A stretch of 64,000 nt of DNA from Octopus sinensis (GCF_006345805.1 NC_043001.1:131502001-131566000), one strand, 5' to 3'. Shown: positions 1 through 11,999, counted from the stretch's first letter. The notes: a model not told the origin generated them from the sequence alone. A program made the numbers and translations.

Positions 1-1331
1 CATCATCACTGTCATTACTACTACTACTACTACTACTACTATACTACTACTACTACTACTACTACAGATGCTGCTGCTGCTACCATCATCATCATCATCA
101 TCTATCTCAGTTTTTTAAAACCATGCTTCTGTCTCTGTATGTAATCTACCCTTACCCCTAACATCCTACCTTCAAATAAATAGTTATGCAAATTTTCTTA
201 AGTTACCAAGTGACAGGATCTGTTCAAATAGTGAAAAAGCAAAACAAAAACACCAACAGAAAACAGCACAGCAATAATGACTACTACTAATACTACTACT
301 ATTACCACCACCACCACCACCACCACCACCAATTCTTTTTCTTCTTTTTTCTCTTTCTCCTCTTCTTTTCTTTCCATAAAGCATCCATGACTCACTCATG
401 TGCAGCTGAGAGAACAAGAGCAGTTGTATTTATTTATTGTCATATCATCATCAGAATCATCTTCCCTCTAAAAAGTTTACATCATCACAAGCACATCAGC
501 ATCATCAATACTGTTATCAGCTTGTCAGTTTGAAATAAGCCTAACACGAGCCCCTCCCAAAAAAACATTGCGTGTATGTGTGCGCGCATGTGTGTGTGTG
601 TGTGTGTTCATGTGTATGTGTGTGTATTTATGTCTGGGTCTTCTTTTATAAAAATCCTTTGTCCAACTTCATTTTATACATTTGCACACACACACACACT
701 CGCATACATACTCAGACTCATATATACATTTTTCTGTAATGTTTATTATTTTTTTTCTATTTTTATTTATCTAATATAATTGCTTCTATAAAACATTTAG
801 TCCCCTCCCACTTTTCGAACCCTCTTCCCCACACATCGTTTGTTATATTTCATCCCCACCACCACCACCACCACCACCAACATTTACTTGCTACTAAGCA
901 ACAACAATAAGACCAAGCGAGCAAAATAGTAAATAAACAATTTTGCTCTGCAAAATAGTAAATAAACAATTTTGCTCTTTGGTTCACACTGTGTAACTTT
1001 GTGATTATTGAAGAAGAAAAAAAAAAACGTGTATATGCTATTCATCATTGCTTAGGTTCTTTATTGTTGTAATAGTTGTGAATTACAGTAATAGTACATC
1101 ATCATTGTAAAATGCCTCACAGCTATTGTCTAAACATCTACCAAAGTTAGTTTAAATCGTGATTGTAATCTAGTCAATAAAAAACAGCTATCAGTTATAT
1201 ATTGCAGATGATTTAATAGATTACTCCCTCTGTCCACCTTGTACTGTTGGACCTAGACTTGGTTAAAAAAATCCCCACTAATATTAATGATTTTAGTTCT
1301 TGGTTATATTTTCAATTGTTGTCTATTATCA

Positions 1332-1342
1332 TTCTTCTTCTT

Positions 1343-1440
<98 letters not shown>
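1332..1440. repeat. (CTT)n(ATT)n compound microsatellite
   Basis: Direct reading. Confidence 0.95.
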
Positions 1441-1441
<1 letters not shown>

Positions 1442-1449
1442 CTCCTTAA

Positions 1450-1649
1450 CCCTTTTGTTACTGTATTTATTTTGAGATGCTCTGTGTTTCTTTCAATTAC
1501 TTTAAATATAACAGAGAATTTAGTAAAATAACTTAGTTATCATTCAGCTAGTGTTAGGAGCATTAATTATGACTAAGATTTGGTGAAAGATTTTAAATCA
1601 AAACTTATGTAAACAAGATATTTGTACTCAGAGCCAGAGCCGGTTTCAG
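1450..1649 (+). mobile_element. piggyBac-like MITE, one end lost
   Basis: Begins ttaa|cccttttgttac and is the reverse complement of the 33276-33495 element along its length; lacks the distal TIR after cggtttcag. Confidence 0.8.
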
Positions 1650-1776
1650 ACAAAATGCCTAACAGAATTTCTTTGGGCTCTCTAAGTTCTGGGTTCAAAT
1701 AGTAGAGTACTGGGGTTGATATAATCAACTATATCCGTCTCCCAAATTTCGGGCCTTGTGCCTATAGTAGAAAAGC

Positions 1777-1831
<55 letters not shown>

Positions 1832-2129
1832 CATTATTATTATCATTATTACTATTATTATTATTATTATTATATCATCATCATCATCATAATGCAATAG
1901 CCTCATTTTTGTCTGCCAAACAATGATTGTTATTATTGTTTGCGTTGCTGTTGTTGCATTGTTTTATACAAGCTTATCTCTAGCTCACCCAGAGACCTCA
2001 AACGACAGCAAGTTATGCATTTTACTAATTAGCAACGATATATTTCAGAGAAAGGAGACCAAATACTCAGAATCAAGATTCCGTTAAAAAAGATTTTGTA
2101 GTATTTGAGATTTTAAAAGATTGAAACTT

Positions 2130-2450
2130 TCCCAGGCTGAAAGTGCTTTCGTTAGGATGTGGGATGTAGCCATGAGAACAACTTCTTTTTTAGTTCTGAT
2201 ACATATGGGGTTTCCTGATTTTTGATCATATTATTTAACAGCACCATTTGATATTATTTCTGCTGATCACAGGTACAGTTGTCATTCTTAGATGTCACAT
2301 TTTTGAGACCTCCACTTCAAAGTCCTTGTATTTACTTAACTTTCCAAATGTGGTGTATTGGTATTGGTATTGTGGTGTAGTCTGCTGGGATTGACATATT
2401 TATGAGCAAACATACTTTATCTATGTGTTATTTCACCACAGTATTTGGGG
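2130..2450 (-). pseudogene. Degenerate 3' end of an R4/Dong-like (restriction-like endonuclease) non-LTR retrotransposon
   Basis: Minus-strand translation PNTVVK*HIDKVCLLINMSIPAD...FGKLSKYKDFEVEVSKM*HLRMTTVPVI...VVLMATSHILTKALS matches the RPD...D...K..KY..L...GTAHILR pattern. A (TTA)n tract at about 1776-1890 lies on its 3' side. Confidence 0.75.
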
Positions 2451-2561
2451 CTTTTGCTCTGAATAATTGGATCAGTTTCAATACTAAAGTCCCAAAGAAT
2501 GGTGTTGTTTTTCTTTTCAACATACTACTAATACCATTATAATTTATTATTATCATCATCA

Positions 2562-2613
<52 letters not shown>

Positions 2614-2694
2614 GTTTATCTTAGGGTGGTGGTTTGGAGCAATCAGACAAAATGCTTAGTGGTATATAATTATGTCCCTTTGCATTTTAAATTC

Positions 2695-2701
2695 AAATTT
2701 T

Positions 2702-2765
<64 letters not shown>

Positions 2766-2777
2766 GTTTAGCGTCCG

Positions 2778-2808
<31 letters not shown>

Positions 2809-2820
2809 TAAAATTTTAAT
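2695..2820. repeat. Fold-back (CAT)n / (GAT)n structure around a 17-nt retroposon tail
   Basis: aaattttaat-(cat)n-cgtttagcgtccgtttt-(gat)n-ta-aaattttaat. Confidence 0.8.
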
Positions 2821-3069
2821 ATAGCTGATTTTTCATTTCAAATTTCTAGGCTTGATATTATAAGGTACTAATCAAATACTGGTATCAGTTTAATCCATAA
2901 TACTCTTCCACAAAAGTGATGCTTTGTGCCTATGTTTGAAATCTATATTATTTTTGAAATTGTTTGGAGAAATGACACTATTGGATGACAACAATGATAT
3001 TTAGTTTCATACTTATATTTCCTTATCTCAGACCAGCTAAAGTCAATGTATTCTTTCATCCTTACCATA

Positions 3070-3493
3070 CTCTCTTTTACTCTTTTACTTGTTTCAGTCA
3101 TTTGACTGCGGCCATGCTGGAGCACCGCCTTTAGTCAAGCAAATCGACCCCGGGACTTATTCTTTTTGTAAGCCCAGTACTTATTCTATCGGTCTCTTTT
3201 GCCGAACCGCTAAGTGATGGGGACGTAAACACACCAGCATCGATTGTCAAGCAATGCTAGGGGACAAACACAGACACACAAACACACAAACATATACACA
3301 CACACACTTATATATATATATAATATATACATCAGGCTTCTTTCAGTTTCCGTCTACCAAATCCACTCACAAGGCATTGGTCGGCCCGGTGCTATAGCAG
3401 AAGACACTTGCCCAAGATGCCACGCAGTGGGACTGAACCCGGAACCATGTGGCTGGTTAGCAAGCTACTTACCACACAGCCACTCCTGCGCCT
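3070..3493 (-). mobile_element. Full-length tRNA-derived SINE with internal (TA)/(CA) tract
   Basis: Minus strand starts aggcgcaggagtggctgtgtggtaagtagc...gggttcagtccc (box A/B) and ends ccagcatggccgcagtcaaatgactgaaacaagtaaaagagtaaaagag. Many copies in the window. Confidence 0.9.
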
Positions 3494-3620
3494 ATAAATG
3501 TTATAAATATCAACTTATCTTACTTTTACATATTAGTATTATGCTTAATGTAAGAAAAAATACTATTTACTTTTTACTGATTCCCTCTTTACATTCACTC
3601 TTTCTATATATCATTCATAT

Positions 3621-3990
3621 TTTATCTTTTACTTGTTTCTTTCATTACACTGTAGCCACACTGGAGCACCATGCTGTAGGGTTTAGTTATAGAAATTGAC
3701 CCAAGTGTTTATTTTTAAAGTCCTTATTCTATCGGTGTCTTTTGTTGAACCACTAGGTTATGGAAACATAAACAAGTCTAAGCAGCGGTGGGGGAAACAC
3801 AAGCACAAGCACACACACACACACACAAACATGTATACACTTATATATAACACTGTTTTTGTCTACCAAGTTCACTCACAAAGCATTAGTTGGTCTGGGG
3901 CCATAGTGGAAAACATTTGCCCAAGGTGTCATGCAGTGGGACTGAACTAAAAACTATATTGCTACAAAGTAATCTTTTTAACCATACTGC
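3621..3990 (-). mobile_element. Older copy of the same SINE family
   Basis: Collinear degenerate similarity to 3070-3493 (ctggagcacc, ttattctatcgg, catttgcccaagg, gcagtgggactgaac). Confidence 0.75.
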
Positions 3991-4004
3991 ATCTGTTTTG
4001 GAAT

Positions 4005-5250
4005 GGTTTCATCGGTAGATGCCCTTCCTAATGCCAATCACTTTACAGAGTAGTCCCATGACTGGTGCGGTTGCCTTGTAGCTTCCAAGACAAACGGGCC
4101 TAAGGGGTTCCATGTAACTGAAAGACAGTAGGAAAGGAAGAGAGGGTGTGGTGATTTTCAGCAAGGTGATGAGAGATGGTGAGCAAATTTATAATTGTGA
4201 AAGAATGGTAATGAAGAGAGTAACTGAGTAGTCACTATTGGGGGAGTGAGTTTGGAAGGAATAGGGGAAGGGAAGGGATTTGTAACAGTGGTTAGTGAGA
4301 AAGGAAGAGATGGGTGGTAAAGGTAATGAAGTGAGTTGTGTTGCAAGGATCCCAGGCTGCAGTATATTATAAGGGTTTACGTAGGTGGAAGGTATGGTGG
4401 GGACAGAACATGACAAAAAATAAGTAAATGAGCACAGCTGTGGTCCAGGGAGAGTAATTCAAAGAGGGATACAGGGGTTCATGGTGTGTATTTCAGAGAG
4501 ATGAGAGGGTGTTGGAGTGGCAGAGTACTTGGGTGGGAGGAAAAGGGCAAACAGTAGAAGAAAAGAAGTAGGGAAGGGATGATGGATGGCAATTGGTGAA
4601 CGAGTGAGCATCACAAGTGGTGAGACAAGATATGAATGATAGACTGATGACAAAAATGAGTGGGGAGATGGATGGAGGAGGAAGGTGGGTGCAGGTAGAG
4701 TAATGGAGGTGGACTAATACAATGTCTCTTACACAGGCTTAGTGAAGGATTGGAGAGTTAGAGTGATGGGGAGTAGTATGAGAGAAAACTTGCCAAATAT
4801 GAGGAGCTATTACAGCTGTGCAGGAGCCAAGGCTGGTGGGTTCAACTGCAAGCCAAGTGATCTTGCAGGGTTTTGTGGGGCATTTGCTCTGCATTACAAA
4901 GCAGAAACTAGGTTTGGAACAGCAATACATTTTGACACTGAGGCTAGATGGAAGACCACTAAATGGCTTGGGGTTTATGTGGGAGTGGAAGAGGTGTAAG
5001 TGAAGGTGTATAAGGGTAAGAGAAGTGGGAAAGTGTGGTATGGGAAGAAATGTATGTATAGGGCAGATGGGGAGAGCAAGTAAATTGAGGGAAGGGATAG
5101 GGAGAAAAGGGATTAGAAGAATTGTGGAGAGGGTTGAGACCAAAAGGGCAATAATTTTCATAGAGAAAATGAGCTTCAGTTCCCTTTGGAGGCAAGTGGT
5201 GAGGGAGCCAAGGGTGGTGGACGTTCTGAAGACCAAAAGGTGGTTATGCA
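4005..5250 (-). mobile_element. Purine-rich (plus strand), higher-GC segment, probably a decayed retroelement
   Basis: Composition differs sharply from the flanks. Its left edge carries gatgcccttcctaatgccaatcact, the reverse complement of the motif in the 23682 retroposon. No diagnostic protein motif recognised. Confidence 0.35.
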
Positions 5251-5575
5251 TAATTTAAGCATGTATTTGTACATAAACCTCTACATGTATACATTTTAGG
5301 AAAAAAAAAATAACCATTTTACCTTAATATCGTGTTTAGCTCTATACATGTAGCAAATGCCACCTATCTAATGTGTATTTGTTTCATATATATTATTAAT
5401 TATATCGGATTGGAGATCAATTCTCTTCTAATTTTCCTGAGATAATTAGAAATAAATATTTTTATGAAATATTAAATTAATTAATTTATATATTAATGAG
5501 CTAAGGTCTATCAAAGAATATTATATATGTAATGAATGCATGTATGTACACATCCACCAGTATATATATATATAT

Positions 5576-5626
<51 letters not shown>

Positions 5627-5703
5627 CATATATATATACACGTATATGTGTATGTGTGTGCATGCATGTATGTGTGTGAATGTGACTTAACTGGCTAATT
5701 AAT

Positions 5704-5754
<51 letters not shown>

Positions 5755-6176
5755 CATAAACATATATATATGTGTGCATACATACATGAATATATATATA
5801 AAATAAAATAATAAAACACCTATTTATATGTAATAAAATAGTTAATTACATATATATGTACACACACACACACACAAAACAAACACACATACTCTCATAT
5901 ATATACATAAGTACATTCATTTATTTATTTATTTATCTATTTATTTAACAAAGCAGCTAATTACTTTATATGTATGTGTTTGTGTGTCCTGTTCTATAGA
6001 TAAATTAATTAGCTTAAATATATATGATATTTTTGTTGTGTTGTATAGCGAAAATAATTAGTTGATGTTTATATGAGTGTTTGTGTATGTGAGTGTATAC
6101 TTATATTTATAAGCTCAACATGCACTGTATATATATATATATATACACACACACATATACTTATATGTATATATAC

Positions 6177-6224
<48 letters not shown>

Positions 6225-6389
6225 CACTTATATATAATAATTTAGTTTTCATGCACACACTTGCACATTAACACACACACATATTGTATATAACAAATAT
6301 GTGTGCGTGTATGTATACATACATGTATAGTATATACACAGTACATCCAGACATGCACACACACACACACACGCACTCACACATAAATA

Positions 6390-6560
6390 TGCCTGAGTGA
6401 TTAGAAAGCTTGCTACTCAACCATATGACTTCAGGTTCAGTCCCACTGCATGCTACTGTTTGCAAGTTTCTTTCAATACATTACTAAGCTGACCAAGGCT
6501 GTGTGAGTGGATATAGTACATAGAAATCAAAAGAAGCCTGGTGTATATATATCTCTGTGT
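6390..6560 (+). mobile_element. 5' half of the same SINE family, diverged
   Basis: ttagaaagcttgctactcaaccatatgacttcaggttcagtcccactgc...gtgtgagtggat...aaagaagcc. Confidence 0.7.
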
Positions 6561-6613
6561 GTATGTGAACTACTTAGCCAAATAGACATGTGTGCGTGTG
6601 CCTATATCTATAG

Positions 6614-6647
<34 letters not shown>

Positions 6648-6798
6648 TAGTGACAGAAGCTGTATTAATGCTTGTATAATATTAAAAGGTAGTCTTTATG
6701 AACCATGTGGTCGTATGAGTGGTCTTCTCGAAGTAAATAAGTATTCAGCACTCTAACAATACATCCATGCTGGATATAAAGATGCCAATATGCAATAA

Positions 6799-6799
<1 letters not shown>

Positions 6800-6883
<84 letters not shown>

Positions 6884-6898
6884 TAATATATATAAATA

Positions 6899-6958
<60 letters not shown>
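6800..6958. repeat. Long interrupted (TA)n array (similar arrays near 5560, 5710, 10690, 26990, 41900, 55215)
   Basis: Direct reading. Confidence 0.95.
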
Positions 6959-7368
6959 CACGCACACACACACACTTATATACACATACACATATATATA
7001 CATATACATGCCTATATATTTGTACTTGTATACACGCATACATAGTTTAGAATAATTGCTATAGAAATATTGAATTCATAACGGTTGTGTTCATATTTGT
7101 GTTTATTTATTTGAATGAATTATATAGTGTGAAATATGGAATATATTTCTGACATGATATCATAAAATGATATGTGCTTAATTTCCCACTGGATCAGTAA
7201 TTATATTTCCATCTCAATGTATATGTTTGTCTATGAAAGCATTGGATTATTGTTTTTTTTTACGTGTTTGTTAATGTTAGAGTAATGGGAGGTGGTCAAA
7301 TGCATTTTATATCACACATGTGTTCTAGTGACACACATAATAACACATGCATATATATATATATATAT

Positions 7369-7520
7369 TATGTGAAATAGAAAGATGAATAATCTTGTAG
7401 CAGATTAATCAAAAGTTTAACCGATACCTTAGTAGCAAAAATCACAGCAGAAGACCGCACGGTTGGAGGTACAACCATATGGTGTTGCAACCGTGCGTTG
7501 GTGCAGATAATTGAAGGATT
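7369..7520 (+). repeat. (TA)n-adjacent cassette sharing a 48-bp terminus with the 34141-34290 element
   Basis: 7369-7416 is the exact reverse complement of 34243-34290; internal 10-bp inverted repeat at 7456-7465 / 7488-7497. Confidence 0.7.
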
Positions 7521-7896
7521 CATGTGTGTGTTTGTGCCTATGTACATGTGTGTGTATGTGTGTGCATGCATGTGTTCACGCGTGTGTGTACAAGCATGAT
7601 GTGAATTATACGTGCATATTTGTGGGTTGCCTCTCCAGGAGTATAGTAACAATGAATAAGAACTGATACAGGCCAGAGGGAACTCTTCAGTCCAGCTGCA
7701 AATAGTCTTTTTCATGATAATATTTTGACAAAATGCACCCAGTTCACCTAATATAACATATACTGCAACAAAGTTGGTTGATGTTCCCTGTAGCTGTTTG
7801 TGCCATACATCACAGGCAATGATGAATGGCAATACATTTCTATATCAATACAGTCAATGCAAACATGGACAAATAAGCACAGAATTGTGATGAAAT

Positions 7897-8059
7897 GTCT
7901 GTGTGGTATGTAGCTTGCTCACCAACGACATGGTTCTGGGTTCAGTCCCACTGCGTGGCACCTTGGGCAAGTGTCTTCTACTATACCCTCATGCTGACCA
8001 AAGCCTTGTGAGTGGATTTGGTTGACAGAAGCTGAAAGAAGCTGGTCATGTATATATAG

Positions 8060-8114
<55 letters not shown>

Positions 8115-8320
8115 TATTTGTGTGTGTTTCTGCGTTTGTTCCCCCATCATCGCTTGACAACAGATGTTGGTGTATTTACATTCCGGCAAAAGAAACTGAT
8201 AGAATAAGTACTAGACTTACAAAGAATAAGTAGTCCTGGGGGTCGATTTGTTTGACTAAAGGCAGTACTCCAGCATGGCTACAGTGAAATAACTGAAACA
8301 AATAAAAGAATAAAAGAATA
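7897..8320 (+). mobile_element. Near full-length SINE (same family as 3070-3493)
   Basis: gtgtggtatgtagcttgc...gggttcagtcccactgcgtggcaccttgggcaagtgtc...ctccagcatggctacagtgaaataactgaaacaaataaaagaataaaag. Confidence 0.88.
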
Positions 8321-8619
8321 TATAGTAATAATTTATTTCACCATCTTTCAAGCTGAGACCAAGGCCATTTGTCAGTTGTCTTTTGAAAAAGAAAATTTAG
8401 AAAAAAATTTGGTCACAACTATTTTGAAGTTAAGTAATGTTTTACTTAGATGAGGGAAATGTAGGGAGTATAAGTAGCTTGTTTTGAGGTGTGAAAGAAA
8501 TGATGAAGTAGATATGGTATTGAACTATCCAATTATGTTATTGAGTTCTAGTCAATTTAGGGGTTTTGTTTTGTATTCTGGTACTATTACTGTCCCTTAT
8601 TCCATACACCTTGTTAGTG

Positions 8620-8940
8620 GCACTCCATCAATTACAACGACAAGTGTTCTAGTTGATGCAATCACCAGAAAAGCCTGCTCATCAAATGTATGTGCAAGTA
8701 GCTAAGCACTTTACAGTCGTGCTATACCTTTCACATAGTTCTCAGAGAGATTCAATGTGACACAGAAGATGATAAGGCTGGCTGTTTTGATTACTTGTGC
8801 AACTCATTTTTGTCAGCTGAGTGGACTGGAGCAATGTGAAATAAAGTGTATTTGCTCAAGGAAAAGACATACTGCAGAGAATCAAAATCACAACCTTACA
8901 GCCATGAGCCAAATATCTTAACTAGCAAGCCATATACCTT
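8620..8940 (-). mobile_element. Diverged tRNA-derived SINE (core like the 13339 copy, tail like the 57797 copy)
   Basis: Reverse complement contains cttgagcaaatacactttatttcacattgctccagtccactcagctgacaaaaatgagttgc, then ccagccttatcatcttctgtgtcacattgaat...gatggagtgc. Confidence 0.75.
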
Positions 8941-10695
8941 CACAATTCTATACACTAGAGTTCGCCTATTTCTAAAAATATGTGTGCTAGGATTCTTTGA
9001 GAATTATCTACGTACACTAGCATCTTATTCAGAGATAAAGGTACTTAGAGAAATAGGTATCATACCACCATAAATGGATTTGATGGGTGTACAACACAGT
9101 ATACTATGATTTGTATTATTTCTTTTTGTCTGCTTAGAATTATAGAACAAGCTTTTAATATTCATGAACTAAAAACTAATCCTTTGTGTTAAGAAGATCT
9201 TTGCAATTTTAGAGATATTACAATTTATATCAGTTCATTATATTGTTTGGTCATATGGTCTGCAATGCAAACCAAGTTATTCTCCTGCTGTTTACTTTAA
9301 TAAACAGCATTTTTATATGCTACCTACTTACAATTAAATATGTTGAATGTTTGGGTTTAGGAGAATATACAGAAAATGTAGGTTTCAATTGCTTTCTTCA
9401 GTCCCATGACAGAATTTGAAGAAAGTGCTGTAAACTAATTTAACATATATCAATTATACAATACCCCTGCTTTTTATTGCAGTGAAGTGCACCATTAAAC
9501 ATTGCTTATTTACATAGGTCATTTAACTACCATCGGGCTAATGAAACAGGACATAATGCTAGATCCAGATATGGACTGTAAAGCCTCTTGTTAGTAAACT
9601 GGTCAATTACAGTTTTCTTCACAGTATTGAATATTATGCAAATTTAGGGTAACGAGAAATAGAAATAGGACAGCATTGGATTGAATGCATTTTCCAGAAT
9701 CTAAGTTAAATTCTTTTACATTTTAGTTCAAAAGTCTATGTAAATGGCTTTGCTTTACATCTATCTTGGGTTTGATAAACAAAAGTACCAGTAAAGTATT
9801 GGTATAATTTCTACAAATTTATGTTCTTGTACCAATGTTAGAAATCAATGTTGCTCAAGTACTTTATTATCATAATGATAGGTTTTGATTATTACTCAAG
9901 TTCATTCCTCTATTATTTTACTCTTACAACTGAATGGGCAGGAATTCTACGATAAATCTAAGAATGTTTGCCACAAACATTTAAAAGTAAAATATCAACA
10001 TGAACAAAATAAAATGACAGTAGAATAGAAGATAAAGCAAAGCTTCAGGTAGGAAATAATGAATAAGATTTTTATTCTGCTTCTGCCAAAGAAAAAGTAT
10101 ATCTCATTGAATTACCGTGTTTGATAAGTTGATATTGTTATCAACTATCACTATCTTCATCATTATAGTCATTATTTTCATTAACATCATCATAAAGTGG
10201 ACATTATTGTCAACACAGTAATCATTTTGTCATTATTGTCATCATTAACTGATTGTCACCATCACATCACTCTCTTTGTTTTTGCTTTTGTAGCATCAAT
10301 GGATGTAGTTGGTGTGTAACACAGCATTCTACCACTTGTATTATTTTATTGTCATTTTCTATTTAAATTCAATGTCCTCAGATCTGAGCTAACCACATGC
10401 TTTCTTAGATTCATAGATTATATGACCATCAGAGATTTAGTAAAAATAATAATATATACAATATATGTGTGTGTGCATTTCAGCTGCTAATAAGATTGAA
10501 TATTACTTTAGAGTTTCTCCAACAACCAGTTCATTCTTTGTGTGGATTAAACTGTATCTTATGAAATAACTGGATGTTAAGAAGAATCCAGAATAAAAAT
10601 CAATTGTATCAGTAGAAATAGATACACATGAGTGTGTACGTTTATCTTTATGTGTATAAATGTATGTACATATATATACACACACACACTATATA

Positions 10696-10749
<54 letters not shown>

Positions 10750-10777
10750 CATTGCATACACATTCACACACACACAC

Positions 10778-10826
10778 ACATTTTGGGACCCATCGTCTGG
10801 TGTCCAGACGATGGGATCCAAAATGT
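10778..10826. repeat. Isolated 49-bp inverted repeat (23-bp arms, 3-nt loop)
   Basis: acattttgggacccatcgtctgg-tgt-ccagacgatgggatccaaaatgt; 21/23 Watson-Crick pairs plus one G:T and one A:A. Confidence 0.9.
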
Positions 10827-11083
10827 TTTACATTATATAATTCTTCAAACAGTTAATCCTGGATTCATTAAAGAATTAAGTCTTGCCAATCAATAGCTTC
10901 TGGTAATTTTGTGACACATCTACTACATGTAACTATCCTTACTGAAAATCTTGTTACTGATGGCTGAATACATCTGAAACGCACATACTAGAAATAGCAA
11001 AAGGCCTCTAATGGTCTATGTCAATTATTTTATTGCTTCAATTTCATAGGTATTATTGTTACTCCAATATGGAAAACTCATTG

Positions 11084-11092
11084 CTGCTGCCG

Positions 11093-11133
<41 letters not shown>

Positions 11134-11155
11134 ACTACTACTACTACTACTATAC

Positions 11156-11191
<36 letters not shown>

Positions 11192-11204
11192 CACCACCAC
11201 CACC

Positions 11205-11249
<45 letters not shown>
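11084..11249. repeat. Compound triplet array (GCT)n(ACT)n(ACC)n(ACT)n
   Basis: Direct reading. Confidence 0.95.
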
Positions 11250-11733
11250 GATTTCTTATATTTGAGAGAAATTCACAGATTTGTAGTGGAGGAGCAGAGT
11301 TAAGTTAATCTGAAGCCACCAGGACATGTTTGACACTTATTCTGTTGTGTTTGAGAGGTTAAGAAAAATAGATACTTGCAGGATCTTAAATCAAATAGTA
11401 AAGGAAGGGGTCTAACCCAGACTATCTCTTCTGCCATTCCACCTCCTTATACACAAACAAAAGCATGAAAGACACAAACAAGTCAATGATGAAGTTGCTG
11501 AATTTAAAAAAGAAATAACAGCCACAATTCCTTCAAAACACATTCCATAATATGTGACTTGAACAAAGACATATGGGTTAATACAAAAAATATATGTATA
11601 TGAGAAAAGAGCAAAGTAAAGATATAGCAGTCCATTAGTGAACTCATCTCACTTCATACCTAAAATAAATTTTGGCTGTACCAATGACTTTTTACACACA
11701 CACACATACACACGTGCTATATATAATGTATTC

Positions 11734-11780
<47 letters not shown>

Positions 11781-11783
<3 letters not shown>

Positions 11784-11922
11784 ACTATGAGAGAGAATCC
11801 ACTATGTGGACGCTCTTATGCTAGATATAGGTCCGCAAAGGGACTCAACCACGCTAGGCCACTGGTGTTTAAATTGATGTTATTAAATCAATATCCAATT
11901 TTTTCACCCTCTTTTTGACTTG
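11781..11922. repeat. (TA)n-embedded 142-bp cassette with two small hairpins
   Basis: Complex sequence between TA arrays; hairpins tccac-tat-gtgga (11798-11810) and gtcc-gcaaag-ggac (11831-11844). Confidence 0.45.
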
Positions 11923-11926
11923 ATAT

Positions 11927-11999
<73 letters not shown>

